A DNA stretch of 64,000 nucleotides from assembly GCA_944391685.1 (NCBI GenBank), contig CALXUM010000011.1:4919-68918 (forward strand), in the 5' to 3' direction. Shown piece by piece: positions 16,515-25,822 of this stretch (positions are counted from its first letter, which is position 1; each line of letters begins with the position of its first letter). Under the pieces are notes generated by a model. The model had not been told where the DNA came from. It did not search any database and saw nothing but the letters and a program-made list of their open reading frames with translations. The DNA is from an uncultured Alphaproteobacteria bacterium (GTDB lineage: Bacteria > Pseudomonadota > Alphaproteobacteria > RF32 > CAG-239). The translations under genes were made by a program, and so were the position numbers.

Positions 16515-19500
16515 ATGATAAAGCTAAAGAAAATAATAAAGATTGTTATTATAACAACAATCTTTGCTTTTATTTCCCTCAGCAATAAAGTTTATGCCGC
16601 AGATGAAAGTTTTTCAATTGATTTGAAAAAACAGAGTACTCAGGAAGCAGCGGCAGCAATTTCAGAACAAAAAAATATATGGAGCGAAAAGCAAGCTGAA
16701 CTTAATTCTTTGCTCAATGATAATTCAGAGCTTGGCGAGTTAAATCGTAAAATGCAGGCGGCATCAAGTTCTGGTGATACAGAAGCTTATAATCAATATA
16801 GAATAAAATATGAACAAGCTCAAAAGGATAGAAACGAAAAAATCTCGCAGCTCAAAAAAGAAACAGAGCAATTACAAAAAGAAATAACTAAAGCTGATAA
16901 TACGCTAGATAAACAATTATCAAAAGAACAAAAATCTGCAGAAAAAGAGGTAAAATCAGCTCAAAATGATATAGATAAATATTGCGGCACAGGCAAAAAT
17001 GCAGATGCATCAAAATGTAGTGAAGCACAAAAATCATTAAGTACTGCTCAGAAAAATCTTAATTCCATAGAAACCGTAAGAACGTCAAGCCAACAACAAC
17101 TTATTTCTGTACAACCAAGTGCAGAAGAAGGAGTGCAGGTTAATGGTGAAACATATTCGGCAACAAAAGAAGATGCTGAAGCGGCAAAAAAAGCTTACAA
17201 TGAAGCCAAGAATGCATACATGCAAGCACAAATAGACTTTAATGTGGCAAAAGAAACATGTCCTGGTCCGGATTGTTCTATAGATAATTGTAAAGAAAAG
17301 AATGATAAATGTTCGGAAGAAATTTCCAAATTAGAAAAAGCGGTTGAAGAAGCAAAAACTAAAACGGATGAGGCATATAAAGATTATTATAATAAAAATA
17401 AGAACGCAGCCCCAAGCGAAAAAGAACAGGCCAAAACAAATTTAGATGAAGCAGAACAAGCAGTAAATGATGCTCAAAATAATGTTTACAACCTTAAAGC
17501 ACAGCTTGATCAAGCTACCCAAGCTTGTGAATATTCAAGTACATTAACATCTAAAGCAGGTCAGGCAGACGCTCAAAAATATTGTTCTCAAGCCAATGCT
17601 TTGGAAGAAGCGTACACAGAAGCTAAAGAAGAATTGATAACTGCAGAAGACAAACTTGAAGAAGCAAGAGGAAAATATAATTCGATACAAGGTTCTGTTG
17701 AAGATCACAAAGGGCAAGTATTTCAAGCTATATCTGGAACAATAAATGAGGATTTATATAAAAATACCGGAGATATTCTTCAAACCATTACAAGACGAGC
17801 AGCATGGGTAATTGTCTCTATTAAGCCGATAGTTTACATTTTTGCCGGTTTTGGTTTAATAGGTTTTGCCTTTGCGGCAATTTTTAACAAAATAAGTTGG
17901 AAATGGTTTGCTAATATTGCAATAGGCTTATTTTTGGTAGCAAATATGGGACGTTTTATTGAGTATTTTGTTTATCCTACTCCGAATGAAAATTATGAAA
18001 ACGCCGTTAAAACCCCTGCATTTGGAGATTATTTACAAAAAGCTCTGGTCGATTCTAGATATGTTTGGATTGACGAAATAAGTCCGTATATAGAACCTTC
18101 CGAGGCAGAGTTAATATCTGGACTTCCGGAAGGAGCCTTATTGCCTGAATATGAATCGGCAACAAGAGGTTTTTGCGGACGAACCATAGGAGCCACTGGG
18201 TGGGGTAATTTTACTAACTGTATTAAAGATATTATCACTACAGGAAAGAAAGCTGTTGATGCCGCTCAAACAGCTCAAAGGACCATAGATAATGTTGAAA
18301 ATACGGTTGAATATATTAAAAATGCCGCAGACAATATAGGAGGAGCTGTTAAAAATATAGATAGTATTGAGGACTCTATTAAAGCTATAGGAAGCGTAAG
18401 TGCAAATGTTAACGGCATAATAACGGGTAGCGGCAATATGGTCAATGGAGTTTTGTATAGTACCTCCAGCATATCAAACGATGTTCAAGACATAGGAAAA
18501 AGTACAGATCAAATTGCCGAGCTTGAAGAAAAAAGAAATAAAGGAGAAGGAACCAATGCTGTTGATCGTTTTCTTAAAGGTCAAACTCTTGGTGCTGATG
18601 GAGAAGTTGAACGATTATACGCAGGTTTTGACAAAACACAGTCCGTTGGCTCTGTAAACTCAAAAGGCCAAGTTATTGATAGTGATGGTAAAATTATAGG
18701 TACAATGGATAAAGATGGAAATATTATTGGCCCAGACGGAAAACCAATAGAAGGGTTGTCTTTGGGAGCCAATAATGATGGTAAATTTAATAATAAAGTT
18801 TATATGTCGGGTTCTGACAATATATTATTAGGAGATATTGCAACCAGCAACAATGCTGTTACTCAACTTCAAGCAAACAGTAAGGAATTAGTTAAAAAAT
18901 CTAATGAACTCAATAATGACATTCAAACAGGAACCAATACGGCTGAAATCGGATTAAATACAATAAATAACTTCTCTGTTTTCGGTAGCAAATCCATAAA
19001 TGAACGTCGCCAAGAAAAACAACAAGAAGAGCAGCAAAAGCAGCAGCAAAAACAGCAAGAAGAACTTAAAAAACAGCAAGAAGAACTTAAAAAACAGCAA
19101 GAAGAGCAGCAAAAACAGCAAGAAGAACAAAACTTGATGAGCAAATATGAAAATGTTGTTAATGAAACAATAAAAGAAAATAATAAAAATGCAACTGAGG
19201 AAGCTCAAGACGCAAGCAAAGAGTATAATAATTTACTTAAAACATCAAATATATTGCAAAGTGATGCAGATAGGTTGCAAAAAAATGCAGATAATTTATC
19301 TAATACGGCATCATATTTACAAGAGAATGCAGATAAATTGACCGAAGATGCTAAAAAAGCGGCTGACAAGGCGGCACAAACCGGTAATGAAGAAGATCAG
19401 CGTATAGCAGATCAATTGCAAGCCAGAGCTGATATAGCTCAAAAAGAGGCTGATATAGCTAAAACGAATTCCGAAAAAGCCATAACTGCAGCAACAGAAG

Positions 19501-20687
19501 CTCAGCAAAAAGCTGAAGCAGCCAAAGCCCCGTTACAAGAGGCATATGAAGATCTTTTGAATAAAAATATTAATTCTGCAGAGTATGAAAAACAAAAAGC
19601 TGAACAGGACCTTGTCGATTCTCAAAAGGATCTTGAAGCAGCTAACAATGAACTTGTTGTAATTCAAGAAAAATATAATAATGCAGAAGATGGTTATAAG
19701 CAGGCAAAGGATGAAGCTGCTAAAGCCAAGGAAGCATTTGATAAAGCTCAGGAGGATGGAAAAGATTTAGAGAAGGCAAAAGAAAATTATATATCATCAT
19801 TAGAAAAACTTGAAACTAAAGAAAAAGAATATAAAGAAGCATCTAATGATTTAAAAGATGTTAACAATAAAATTGATCAACAGACAAAAAAATATAAAGA
19901 TGCAGAAAAAGCTATTGCAGATAATGATATTAAATATCAAAAACTAATAGCGGAAAGAGATATAGGGTTAAAAGAAGAAGATATCAAAGAAATAGATAAA
20001 AATAATGCTGAAGTAGATCAGGTTATAGAGCAATATCAACAATCCCAAAATCCTGTTAATGAAGCTCTTTCTGCAGAAAAGAAATTAAGAGATGCAACAT
20101 CAGAATATAATGCAGCAAATTCAAATGCAAAAACAAAACAAGCAGATGCAGAAAGAACTAAAAAACTAGCGGAAGATGCTAGAAAAAAAGCCAATGAGAG
20201 CGGATCAGAAGTTGATCAAAGAGCAGCGGATCAGGCCGAAAAGATGGCAGATTTGGCCGCGGCCGCGGCAGCAGATGCTCAGCAAAAAGCTGAAGCAGCC
20301 AAAGCTCCTTTAGAGCAATTGGAAAAAAATGCTAATAAGGCATATCTAAATGAAGCTAAATATAATCAAGAAAAGAATCAAGAACAAATGACCAAACTTG
20401 ATACGGAAATAAACAATATAAAAGAACAAATTAATAGTATCTCAAAAGAAATTGAAAATGCCAAACAAGAAGCTACCCAGAAGCAAGAAGCGGCAGCCAC
20501 ATATAAAGATACAGCTTCAATTAACGCAGCAATAGAAGCTCAAAACAGAGTCAATGAACTTGAGAAAAACCTAAAGCAACAACAAAGTGATATGGAAAAG
20601 ACCATGGTTTCACGTAATAAAGCTGAAGAAAATTATTATTCTGCACGTACCAGAGAAGCTGAATTAATGGAGATTCTTAAGCAATAA
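16515..20687 (+). CDS. giant (1390 aa) secreted coiled-coil protein with an embedded VirB2-like two-helix module
   Basis: An SD (AAGGAGGGAG) precedes the ATG. The signal peptide ends VYA|AD. About 420 aa of coiled coil come first. The VirB2-like hairpin follows (IFAGFGLIGFAFAAIFNKISWKWFANIAIGLFLVANMGRFIEYF, about nt 17841-17960). About 900 more aa follow, including two DG-x-IIG repeats and Ala/Glu/Lys/Gln coiled coil. Confidence 0.6.
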   Translation: MIKLKKIIKIVIITTIFAFISLSNKVYAADESFSIDLKKQSTQEAAAAISEQKNIWSEKQAELNSLLNDNSELGELNRKMQAASSSGDTEAYNQYRIKYEQAQKDRNEKISQLKKETEQLQKEITKADNTLDKQLSKEQKSAEKEVKSAQNDIDKYCGTGKNADASKCSEAQKSLSTAQKNLNSIETVRTSSQQQLISVQPSAEEGVQVNGETYSATKEDAEAAKKAYNEAKNAYMQAQIDFNVAKETCPGPDCSIDNCKEKNDKCSEEISKLEKAVEEAKTKTDEAYKDYYNKNKNAAPSEKEQAKTNLDEAEQAVNDAQNNVYNLKAQLDQATQACEYSSTLTSKAGQADAQKYCSQANALEEAYTEAKEELITAEDKLEEARGKYNSIQGSVEDHKGQVFQAISGTINEDLYKNTGDILQTITRRAAWVIVSIKPIVYIFAGFGLIGFAFAAIFNKISWKWFANIAIGLFLVANMGRFIEYFVYPTPNENYENAVKTPAFGDYLQKALVDSRYVWIDEISPYIEPSEAELISGLPEGALLPEYESATRGFCGRTIGATGWGNFTNCIKDIITTGKKAVDAAQTAQRTIDNVENTVEYIKNAADNIGGAVKNIDSIEDSIKAIGSVSANVNGIITGSGNMVNGVLYSTSSISNDVQDIGKSTDQIAELEEKRNKGEGTNAVDRFLKGQTLGADGEVERLYAGFDKTQSVGSVNSKGQVIDSDGKIIGTMDKDGNIIGPDGKPIEGLSLGANNDGKFNNKVYMSGSDNILLGDIATSNNAVTQLQANSKELVKKSNELNNDIQTGTNTAEIGLNTINNFSVFGSKSINERRQEKQQEEQQKQQQKQQEELKKQQEELKKQQEEQQKQQEEQNLMSKYENVVNETIKENNKNATEEAQDASKEYNNLLKTSNILQSDADRLQKNADNLSNTASYLQENADKLTEDAKKAADKAAQTGNEEDQRIADQLQARADIAQKEADIAKTNSEKAITAATEAQQKAEAAKAPLQEAYEDLLNKNINSAEYEKQKAEQDLVDSQKDLEAANNELVVIQEKYNNAEDGYKQAKDEAAKAKEAFDKAQEDGKDLEKAKENYISSLEKLETKEKEYKEASNDLKDVNNKIDQQTKKYKDAEKAIADNDIKYQKLIAERDIGLKEEDIKEIDKNNAEVDQVIEQYQQSQNPVNEALSAEKKLRDATSEYNAANSNAKTKQADAERTKKLAEDARKKANESGSEVDQRAADQAEKMADLAAAAAADAQQKAEAAKAPLEQLEKNANKAYLNEAKYNQEKNQEQMTKLDTEINNIKEQINSISKEIENAKQEATQKQEAAATYKDTASINAAIEAQNRVNELEKNLKQQQSDMEKTMVSRNKAEENYYSARTREAELMEILKQ
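19048..19131 (+). repeat. four tandem 21-bp units inside the giant gene
   Basis: The unit aaaaacagcaagaagaactta appears twice exactly (19048-19068 and 19069-19089). Two more units vary at the 3' end. Together they encode (K)QQEELKK heptads. Confidence 0.8.
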
Positions 20688-20705
20688 AATTAACGCATTA
20701 TTCAT

Positions 20706-20750
20706 AAAAAAGAGCTATCATTATAATTAATGAAAGCTCTTTTTTATTTT
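20706..20750 (+). terminator. possible terminator after the giant gene
   Basis: The arm aaaaaagagct (20706-20716) pairs with agctctttttt (20735-20745) around an 18-nt loop and is followed by a T-rich run. The stem is weak and A/U-rich. Confidence 0.35.
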
Positions 20751-20779
20751 AAAAACAAGGGATAAAATAAGTATGTTCC

Positions 20780-20807
20780 TTGCATAAAAAAAACTCTGAG
20801 CTATCAT
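20780..20807 (+). promoter_or_regulatory. candidate sigma70-type promoter for the virB3-virB11 operon
   Basis: TTGCAT (20780-20785), a 16-nt spacer, then TATCAT (20802-20807), about 28 nt upstream of the virB3 ATG. Such matches are common in AT-rich DNA. Confidence 0.25.
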
Positions 20808-20834
20808 AAAAACACAAATTGTTGGGATAAGATC

Positions 20835-21125
20835 ATGCGTGAAATTATATTAAAAGCAGTGGCAAACCCGCCCAAAATCCTTTGGGGTCCCTTTTTGCCT
20901 ACAATGCTCAATATGGGTATCCAATTCCCAATAATGTTTATGTCTTTGGGAACGTTTGATGTAAATCCGTTGTTTTTTATGATGACAGTTGTCTTGGGCC
21001 ACTTGTTTTGTATAGTTTTAGGGATAAAAGAACCTCACATATCTGCAATGATCCAAGCATATGGTCAATCAGCCAAAACATCGCATAATCTTTATAAAGT
21101 AAAGGGGAATAAATTTGCACCTTGA
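20835..21125 (+). CDS. virB3: VirB3-family T4SS inner-membrane protein
   Basis: The protein is 96 aa. The pattern LKAVANPPKILWGPFLPTMLNMG with two hydrophobic segments is typical of VirB3. It lies immediately upstream of virB4 and overlaps it. Confidence 0.75.
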   Translation: MREIILKAVANPPKILWGPFLPTMLNMGIQFPIMFMSLGTFDVNPLFFMMTVVLGHLFCIVLGIKEPHISAMIQAYGQSAKTSHNLYKVKGNKFAP

Positions 21126-23547
21126 TTTTGATTTTTTCAGCATTTTTGTAGAGGGACTTTCTAATATGGAGGTCTTGGTCGCTGCTATAGGCTTCATATC
21201 GGCAGCGGCTTTTGCTGGTTTATGGGCTACAAAGTTTGGTTATTTTGTTCTCCCTCAGCCTAGGGAATCTCGCGTTTCTGATTTTTTACCGTTTAACAAA
21301 CTCCTTTCTGATGGGATGACAATTCGTTGTTACAATGGATCTTTGGCCAGAGTTTTTAAGGTTACGGGAATTGATTTGGCCTTTGTTACTGAAGAAAAGG
21401 TTATGTCTATGCTAGAGGCAAGAAAGTCTTGGATTGATGGAATGTCAGATCTTCAGGTAACTTGTCGTGTTATAACCTTGCGAGAAAGGATTCCCTTGGA
21501 AGAAGATAAAGGTGATTTTGATAATCCTTTGTTAGAAGAAATTTCTCATGTTTGGAGTTCAAATCTCAATCGTGTTTATAGTAATAGTCACTATATAGTA
21601 CTCTCGGTGTCGGATAGAGATGACAATCTTAAGGATCTTAATTATGCGTCACAGGCTCTTATAGCAACATTAAATGAATATGGAATAACCGCTCTTTATG
21701 AAAGTGAGGGTAGTCCGGCAGAAGACAGCCCATTGTCTGTTTATGCCAAAATATGTAGCCCTATTTCTAAACCCATGCCAAAAATAAATGGTGCAGAAGG
21801 TCCGCATATGAATGAGCTTTTGACGGCAGATCATATTCATTTTACGGGAGAAGATGGAATAATTCGTTTTTTTTCAGGAGAAAAAGAGCTTTTTGAAATT
21901 GTTATGGGAATTCGCTCCTCTGGAGATTATATGGATGAAGGTATGATAGCTAGCTTGTTGTCAATAGATTGTGAACTAACGCTTTTGCATAATATCAGAC
22001 CGATTCTAAATCCTCATGCAAGAGCATTGTTAATGCAGCAACAACGAATGGCAACCATGACAAGTTTCTCCAGCGATGTAATTAATCAATATGGCGAGGT
22101 TTTGGCAGCTATTGAGGATAGCGATACCAATCACCAATCTTTAACAGAATATGCCATGGCAATAATTTTGCGTGGAGAAACGAAAGATGAAATAGATTTT
22201 GGCGAAAGTGAGGTCCAAAGAATTTGTCGATTGTATGGAGTAACCCCTGTACGAGAAGGTTGGATAAGTCAGGCTACATTTTTTAATCAGTTTCCTACTT
22301 ATGAAACTCTGCCAAGGACCTATAGATATCTTTCAAGAGTTGTTGCTACGGCTATTTCTTTTGATAAGCCATCAGAAGGTTTTTCAAAGAGTGATTGGGG
22401 GCCTGGTGCAATTACCGTTTTTCGAACCACATCAGGTTCAGCATATCGTTTCCAGTTTCATGTTTCAAGTGATGATTCTGCAGTTGCACACTGTTGTATT
22501 ATCGGGCCGACTGGTCAAGGAAAAACAACATTACTTACTTTTTTAGCCGGCCAAGCGATGAGGCACCATGATTTAAGGGTGTTTTTCTTTGATCGTCATC
22601 GTGGAGCAGAAATCTTTACCAGAGCTATAGGTGGAGCGTATGTTGGTTTTGAAGGAGATGAAAAAAACGTATCCTTAAATCCGTTTGACTGTGCTAACAC
22701 TCCAAACAATAGAGCTTTTTTACGCCGATGGATGAGAGCCATTACGTTGGTAGATGATGCTGTTTCTGAAAAAGAAATTGCTCGTGCGGTAACTACAGCT
22801 TTTGACTATTTACGCCCAGAAGAACGTATTATGACCAATCTTTATAAAAGTTGTTTTTCTCCTACCGGGAATATGCGTCGAGAGCTATACAAATGGATTA
22901 ATCCGGATCAATATGGGAATATATTTAACGCAACCAATGATAATTTAGATTTAAAATCAAAACGATTTATGGCATTTGATTTTACCCATATTTTTGAAGA
23001 TGAAACCCTAGCTCCGGCAGTTATCAGCTATATTATGCATCGTATCCAGTCGGAGACAGGAGAGACTGGAGTTCCTTCACTTATTATGATAGATGAAACG
23101 GCTCCCATGCTCAAACATCCTATGTTTAGAGATTATTTTGCTATAGGTTTGCAAGAAGGACGTAAAAAAAGACAGGCTTATTTATGTGCTTTCCAACAGC
23201 CTAATATTATTGATAAGCTCGGTGTCGGAGAGGTAATACGAGGGCAATGTCAAACGGTTATTTTCTTCCGAAATCCGCAAGCTATGCCGGAAGATTATGT
23301 TAATTGGAATTTAACCACGGCTGAAACAGATTTTATTTTTGGTAAAAGTTATAGAGATTTTCCTTATGCTATTTTACTTTCTCGACCGGCAACAGGAGAA
23401 TCTGTTATTTTAGATGTTGATTTAAGCGGTTTAGGACCATATTTGCGTTTATACAATTCTGGACGTAAAAATGTTTTATTGGTTGAAGAGTTAATAAAAG
23501 AATATGGTGAAGAAAACTTTGTTACAAAATATTTAAATCTTGAGTAA
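21115..23547 (+). CDS. virB4: VirB4 T4SS ATPase
   Basis: Motifs seen: Walker A IIGPTGQGKTTLL, Walker B SLIMIDETAPML and the N-terminal VirB4 pattern SDFLPFNKLLSDGMTIRCYNGSLARVFKVTGID. The ORF begins at TTG 21115. An alternative ATG is at 21166. Confidence 0.9.
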   Translation: MHLDFDFFSIFVEGLSNMEVLVAAIGFISAAAFAGLWATKFGYFVLPQPRESRVSDFLPFNKLLSDGMTIRCYNGSLARVFKVTGIDLAFVTEEKVMSMLEARKSWIDGMSDLQVTCRVITLRERIPLEEDKGDFDNPLLEEISHVWSSNLNRVYSNSHYIVLSVSDRDDNLKDLNYASQALIATLNEYGITALYESEGSPAEDSPLSVYAKICSPISKPMPKINGAEGPHMNELLTADHIHFTGEDGIIRFFSGEKELFEIVMGIRSSGDYMDEGMIASLLSIDCELTLLHNIRPILNPHARALLMQQQRMATMTSFSSDVINQYGEVLAAIEDSDTNHQSLTEYAMAIILRGETKDEIDFGESEVQRICRLYGVTPVREGWISQATFFNQFPTYETLPRTYRYLSRVVATAISFDKPSEGFSKSDWGPGAITVFRTTSGSAYRFQFHVSSDDSAVAHCCIIGPTGQGKTTLLTFLAGQAMRHHDLRVFFFDRHRGAEIFTRAIGGAYVGFEGDEKNVSLNPFDCANTPNNRAFLRRWMRAITLVDDAVSEKEIARAVTTAFDYLRPEERIMTNLYKSCFSPTGNMRRELYKWINPDQYGNIFNATNDNLDLKSKRFMAFDFTHIFEDETLAPAVISYIMHRIQSETGETGVPSLIMIDETAPMLKHPMFRDYFAIGLQEGRKKRQAYLCAFQQPNIIDKLGVGEVIRGQCQTVIFFRNPQAMPEDYVNWNLTTAETDFIFGKSYRDFPYAILLSRPATGESVILDVDLSGLGPYLRLYNSGRKNVLLVEELIKEYGEENFVTKYLNLE

Positions 23548-23622
23548 TTTTATTGAAAATATTTTTATGCACCAACAATATATGCTATAATTAAGCTATA
23601 AGGTGTTTTAAGGGAGGTTAAT

Positions 23623-24528
23623 ATGAAAAAGCATAATTTCATAAAGCAAGCGGCATATTGCCTCATATCATTTATTGTCTTAACATTCTCAGCCAAAGCA
23701 CAAATACCGGTTATTGATGTTTCCAGCGTTAAGAATAGTATAACGAGCTGGTTTGAAATATCTAAAGGTAATAAATATATCGCTAGCACAAATAATATAA
23801 TATCAAAAACAAATTCTGCAATAGGAGAAGGGAAATCAACGATTTCTGAATATGTTGTTGAAAATAAAAGGCGAATTGAAGAAAAAAAAGAAAAAGTAGA
23901 ACAGTATAAAAAAGAGACAGAAGAATATAAAAAAGAATATCAAGAATATCAAAAACAATATGAAGAAACAAAAGAACAAGTCGAATATTTGTCAGAAAAT
24001 CAAAATGATGGTTTAATAATAAAAGGTCAAGGGAATTATTTCCATCAAGAAAAGGTAGCCTATGCATTTGCACTTAAACTAGAAGATAATGGTACAGATG
24101 TTAATGGAAACTTTATTATTCCTCAAAGTATTGCTATGTATTGTAATCTTAATTCGCAAACGGCACAGGAAGAAGGAAAAGTGGATTTATGTTTGCGGAA
24201 TTTAAATCAAAACTCTCAAAAATCCAGAACGGAAGATCATACTGATGCTCCAGAATTTATGAAAATGGCAAAAGCAGAATATGCAGCCTCTGTCATTGCT
24301 GAAGCTTATAAGGCTAAAAATGATGCAGAATCTTTTGAGGAAAAAATTCTTGATCCCATAGAAGATGCTCCCGCACCTCAAGTTTTAGATATTTATTCTA
24401 ATGTGATTGAGGTAAATAAAGCAGTAGTAAATACTTTAAACAGTATTTTAAGAATTCAAAGTGCAAGGTTAGCTCTAAAATCATTTGATAATTATGGCAA
24501 ATATAATTTCCTGCCAGAAGAAGGTTAG
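23623..24528 (+). CDS. secreted coiled-coil protein, VirB5/TrbJ-like candidate
   Basis: An SD (AAGGGAGG) precedes the ATG and a signal peptide is present. The mature N-terminus QIPVIDVSSVKNSITSWFE resembles the IPV(I/F/T)D start I recall for VirB5/TrbJ minor pilins. It sits right after virB4. Confidence 0.45.
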   Translation: MKKHNFIKQAAYCLISFIVLTFSAKAQIPVIDVSSVKNSITSWFEISKGNKYIASTNNIISKTNSAIGEGKSTISEYVVENKRRIEEKKEKVEQYKKETEEYKKEYQEYQKQYEETKEQVEYLSENQNDGLIIKGQGNYFHQEKVAYAFALKLEDNGTDVNGNFIIPQSIAMYCNLNSQTAQEEGKVDLCLRNLNQNSQKSRTEDHTDAPEFMKMAKAEYAASVIAEAYKAKNDAESFEEKILDPIEDAPAPQVLDIYSNVIEVNKAVVNTLNSILRIQSARLALKSFDNYGKYNFLPEEG

Positions 24529-24535
24529 GTGCTAA

Positions 24536-25078
24536 ATGATAAAAAAAATTTTTTTAATAACTATGTTTCTACAGTCTTTTGTAAGTTATTCATTAAGTCA
24601 GGAATTAGAAATTTCTCAAGTGCAAGATAATGGAACAGGTCCAGATGGCGTAATGATATTTCCTAAAGGAATGGCCATACGTTGTGGAATAACTTCTCAT
24701 GATGGTAAAAATTCAGAAAAGATAAAGGAATGCCTAGATCGTCTTGTCTATTTAACTCAAGATGGAGTCACGGGAAAAGAAAGTTCCTTTGAAATAATGA
24801 GCGAGATTTTGGGACAAATGAATAAAGAATATATTAAAACAGCCTTACAAAATAAATCAGAGGCAGGAGATTATGAAGATAAAATAGAAGAGGAGATTAA
24901 AAATTCTCAGGCATCTACAATCAGAGACAAGCAAGAACAAATGGTAAATTTATCAGCAATGGGAGGTAGAAATATAATAAATTTAAACCAAGTATATGCC
25001 TCATTATTATTTCTTCAGGCTATGAATAGTTTCTATGAATATGATTTTTCAAATAGAGAAATAAATATTCAGGAGTAA
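24536..25078 (+). CDS. secreted protein of unknown function (T4SS cluster)
   Basis: It has a signal peptide (MIKKIFLITMFLQSFVSYSLS) and is tightly spaced in the operon, with 7-nt gaps. Confidence 0.5.
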   Translation: MIKKIFLITMFLQSFVSYSLSQELEISQVQDNGTGPDGVMIFPKGMAIRCGITSHDGKNSEKIKECLDRLVYLTQDGVTGKESSFEIMSEILGQMNKEYIKTALQNKSEAGDYEDKIEEEIKNSQASTIRDKQEQMVNLSAMGGRNIINLNQVYASLLFLQAMNSFYEYDFSNREINIQE

Positions 25079-25084
25079 ATCAAT

Positions 25085-25822
25085 ATGCAAAATAACTTTT
25101 TGATATATTTATTTTTATTAATAAATTTTACGAGAGCAGCATATGCAGGAGCTACTGATCCTATAGTTAATGCTATGGATATGGCCAAGCAAAATATAGA
25201 AAAAGTTGGAACAACACAAGAAAATCTTAGCTCGCAATATCAAAAATATATGAATGAGAAAATAGGTGATTTTGGAGATTTGAATTCAGACGCAAAAAAA
25301 ATGCGTAAATTGGAAAAAAACAAGCAACGCTTAGAAAGAATAAAGGAACAAACTACAGCGACCAAAGAAGAGTTAGAAAGGCTTCAAGAAAGAGCTGAAA
25401 AAACACAACAACATATTTCTGAAGTAAAAGCATCGGCTAATCAAATCATATCAGAAGCAGAGGCAGCAGAAAAAGAAATAAAATCAACAAAAGAAGATAT
25501 AAAACAAATTAAAAATCAAGGAAAGGATATAAATACAACAATAGATGTACAAAAAGAAGCCATATTACCTAGCTCTCAAACAGCTACAGTAATTAATCAA
25601 ACGGCAACCAATAGTTCCGATAACTTGACAACAGATGTTAATAAAATCCCGTCAACGTCTGAATTGAATACAGATATATCTGCATCAGAAGTATGGCAAA
25701 ACAGTAAAACAAGCAATATTTCATCCGAAACTCCAACATTAAGCACTAACTTGTCTATAGAGGAGCAAATAGTTGGAACAAACCCAAATGTAAATAATAA
25801 TTGGGGAGGACAAAATGAATAA
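25085..25822 (+). CDS. secreted coiled-coil protein of unknown function (T4SS cluster)
   Basis: It has a signal peptide (LINFTRAAYAGA), a Lys/Glu-rich coiled coil and a Ser/Thr/Asn-rich tail. It overlaps the next gene by 8 nt. Confidence 0.5.
   Translation: MQNNFLIYLFLLINFTRAAYAGATDPIVNAMDMAKQNIEKVGTTQENLSSQYQKYMNEKIGDFGDLNSDAKKMRKLEKNKQRLERIKEQTTATKEELERLQERAEKTQQHISEVKASANQIISEAEAAEKEIKSTKEDIKQIKNQGKDINTTIDVQKEAILPSSQTATVINQTATNSSDNLTTDVNKIPSTSELNTDISASEVWQNSKTSNISSETPTLSTNLSIEEQIVGTNPNVNNNWGGQNE

Noticed and set aside
18923-19208. Minus-strand ORFs rich in Cys, Phe, Ser and Leu (CCFCCSSCCF..., FLLFLLLF...)
   Set aside because: They are the antisense reading of the QQEELKK tandem-repeat region of the giant plus-strand gene. 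The composition is an artefact of the repeat.
20255-20270. GC-rich palindrome ggccgcggccgcggc (NotI-like sites) in an AT-rich gene
   Set aside because: It simply encodes an Ala run (LAAAAAA) within the coiled-coil protein. There is no flanking structure suggesting a regulatory or recombination site.
16515-20687. Interpreting the giant coiled-coil protein as an SMC-like or M-protein-like factor
   Set aside because: It has no Walker motifs, hinge or LPxTG. It has a Sec signal peptide and a central two-helix module that matches the neighbouring VirB2 genes.
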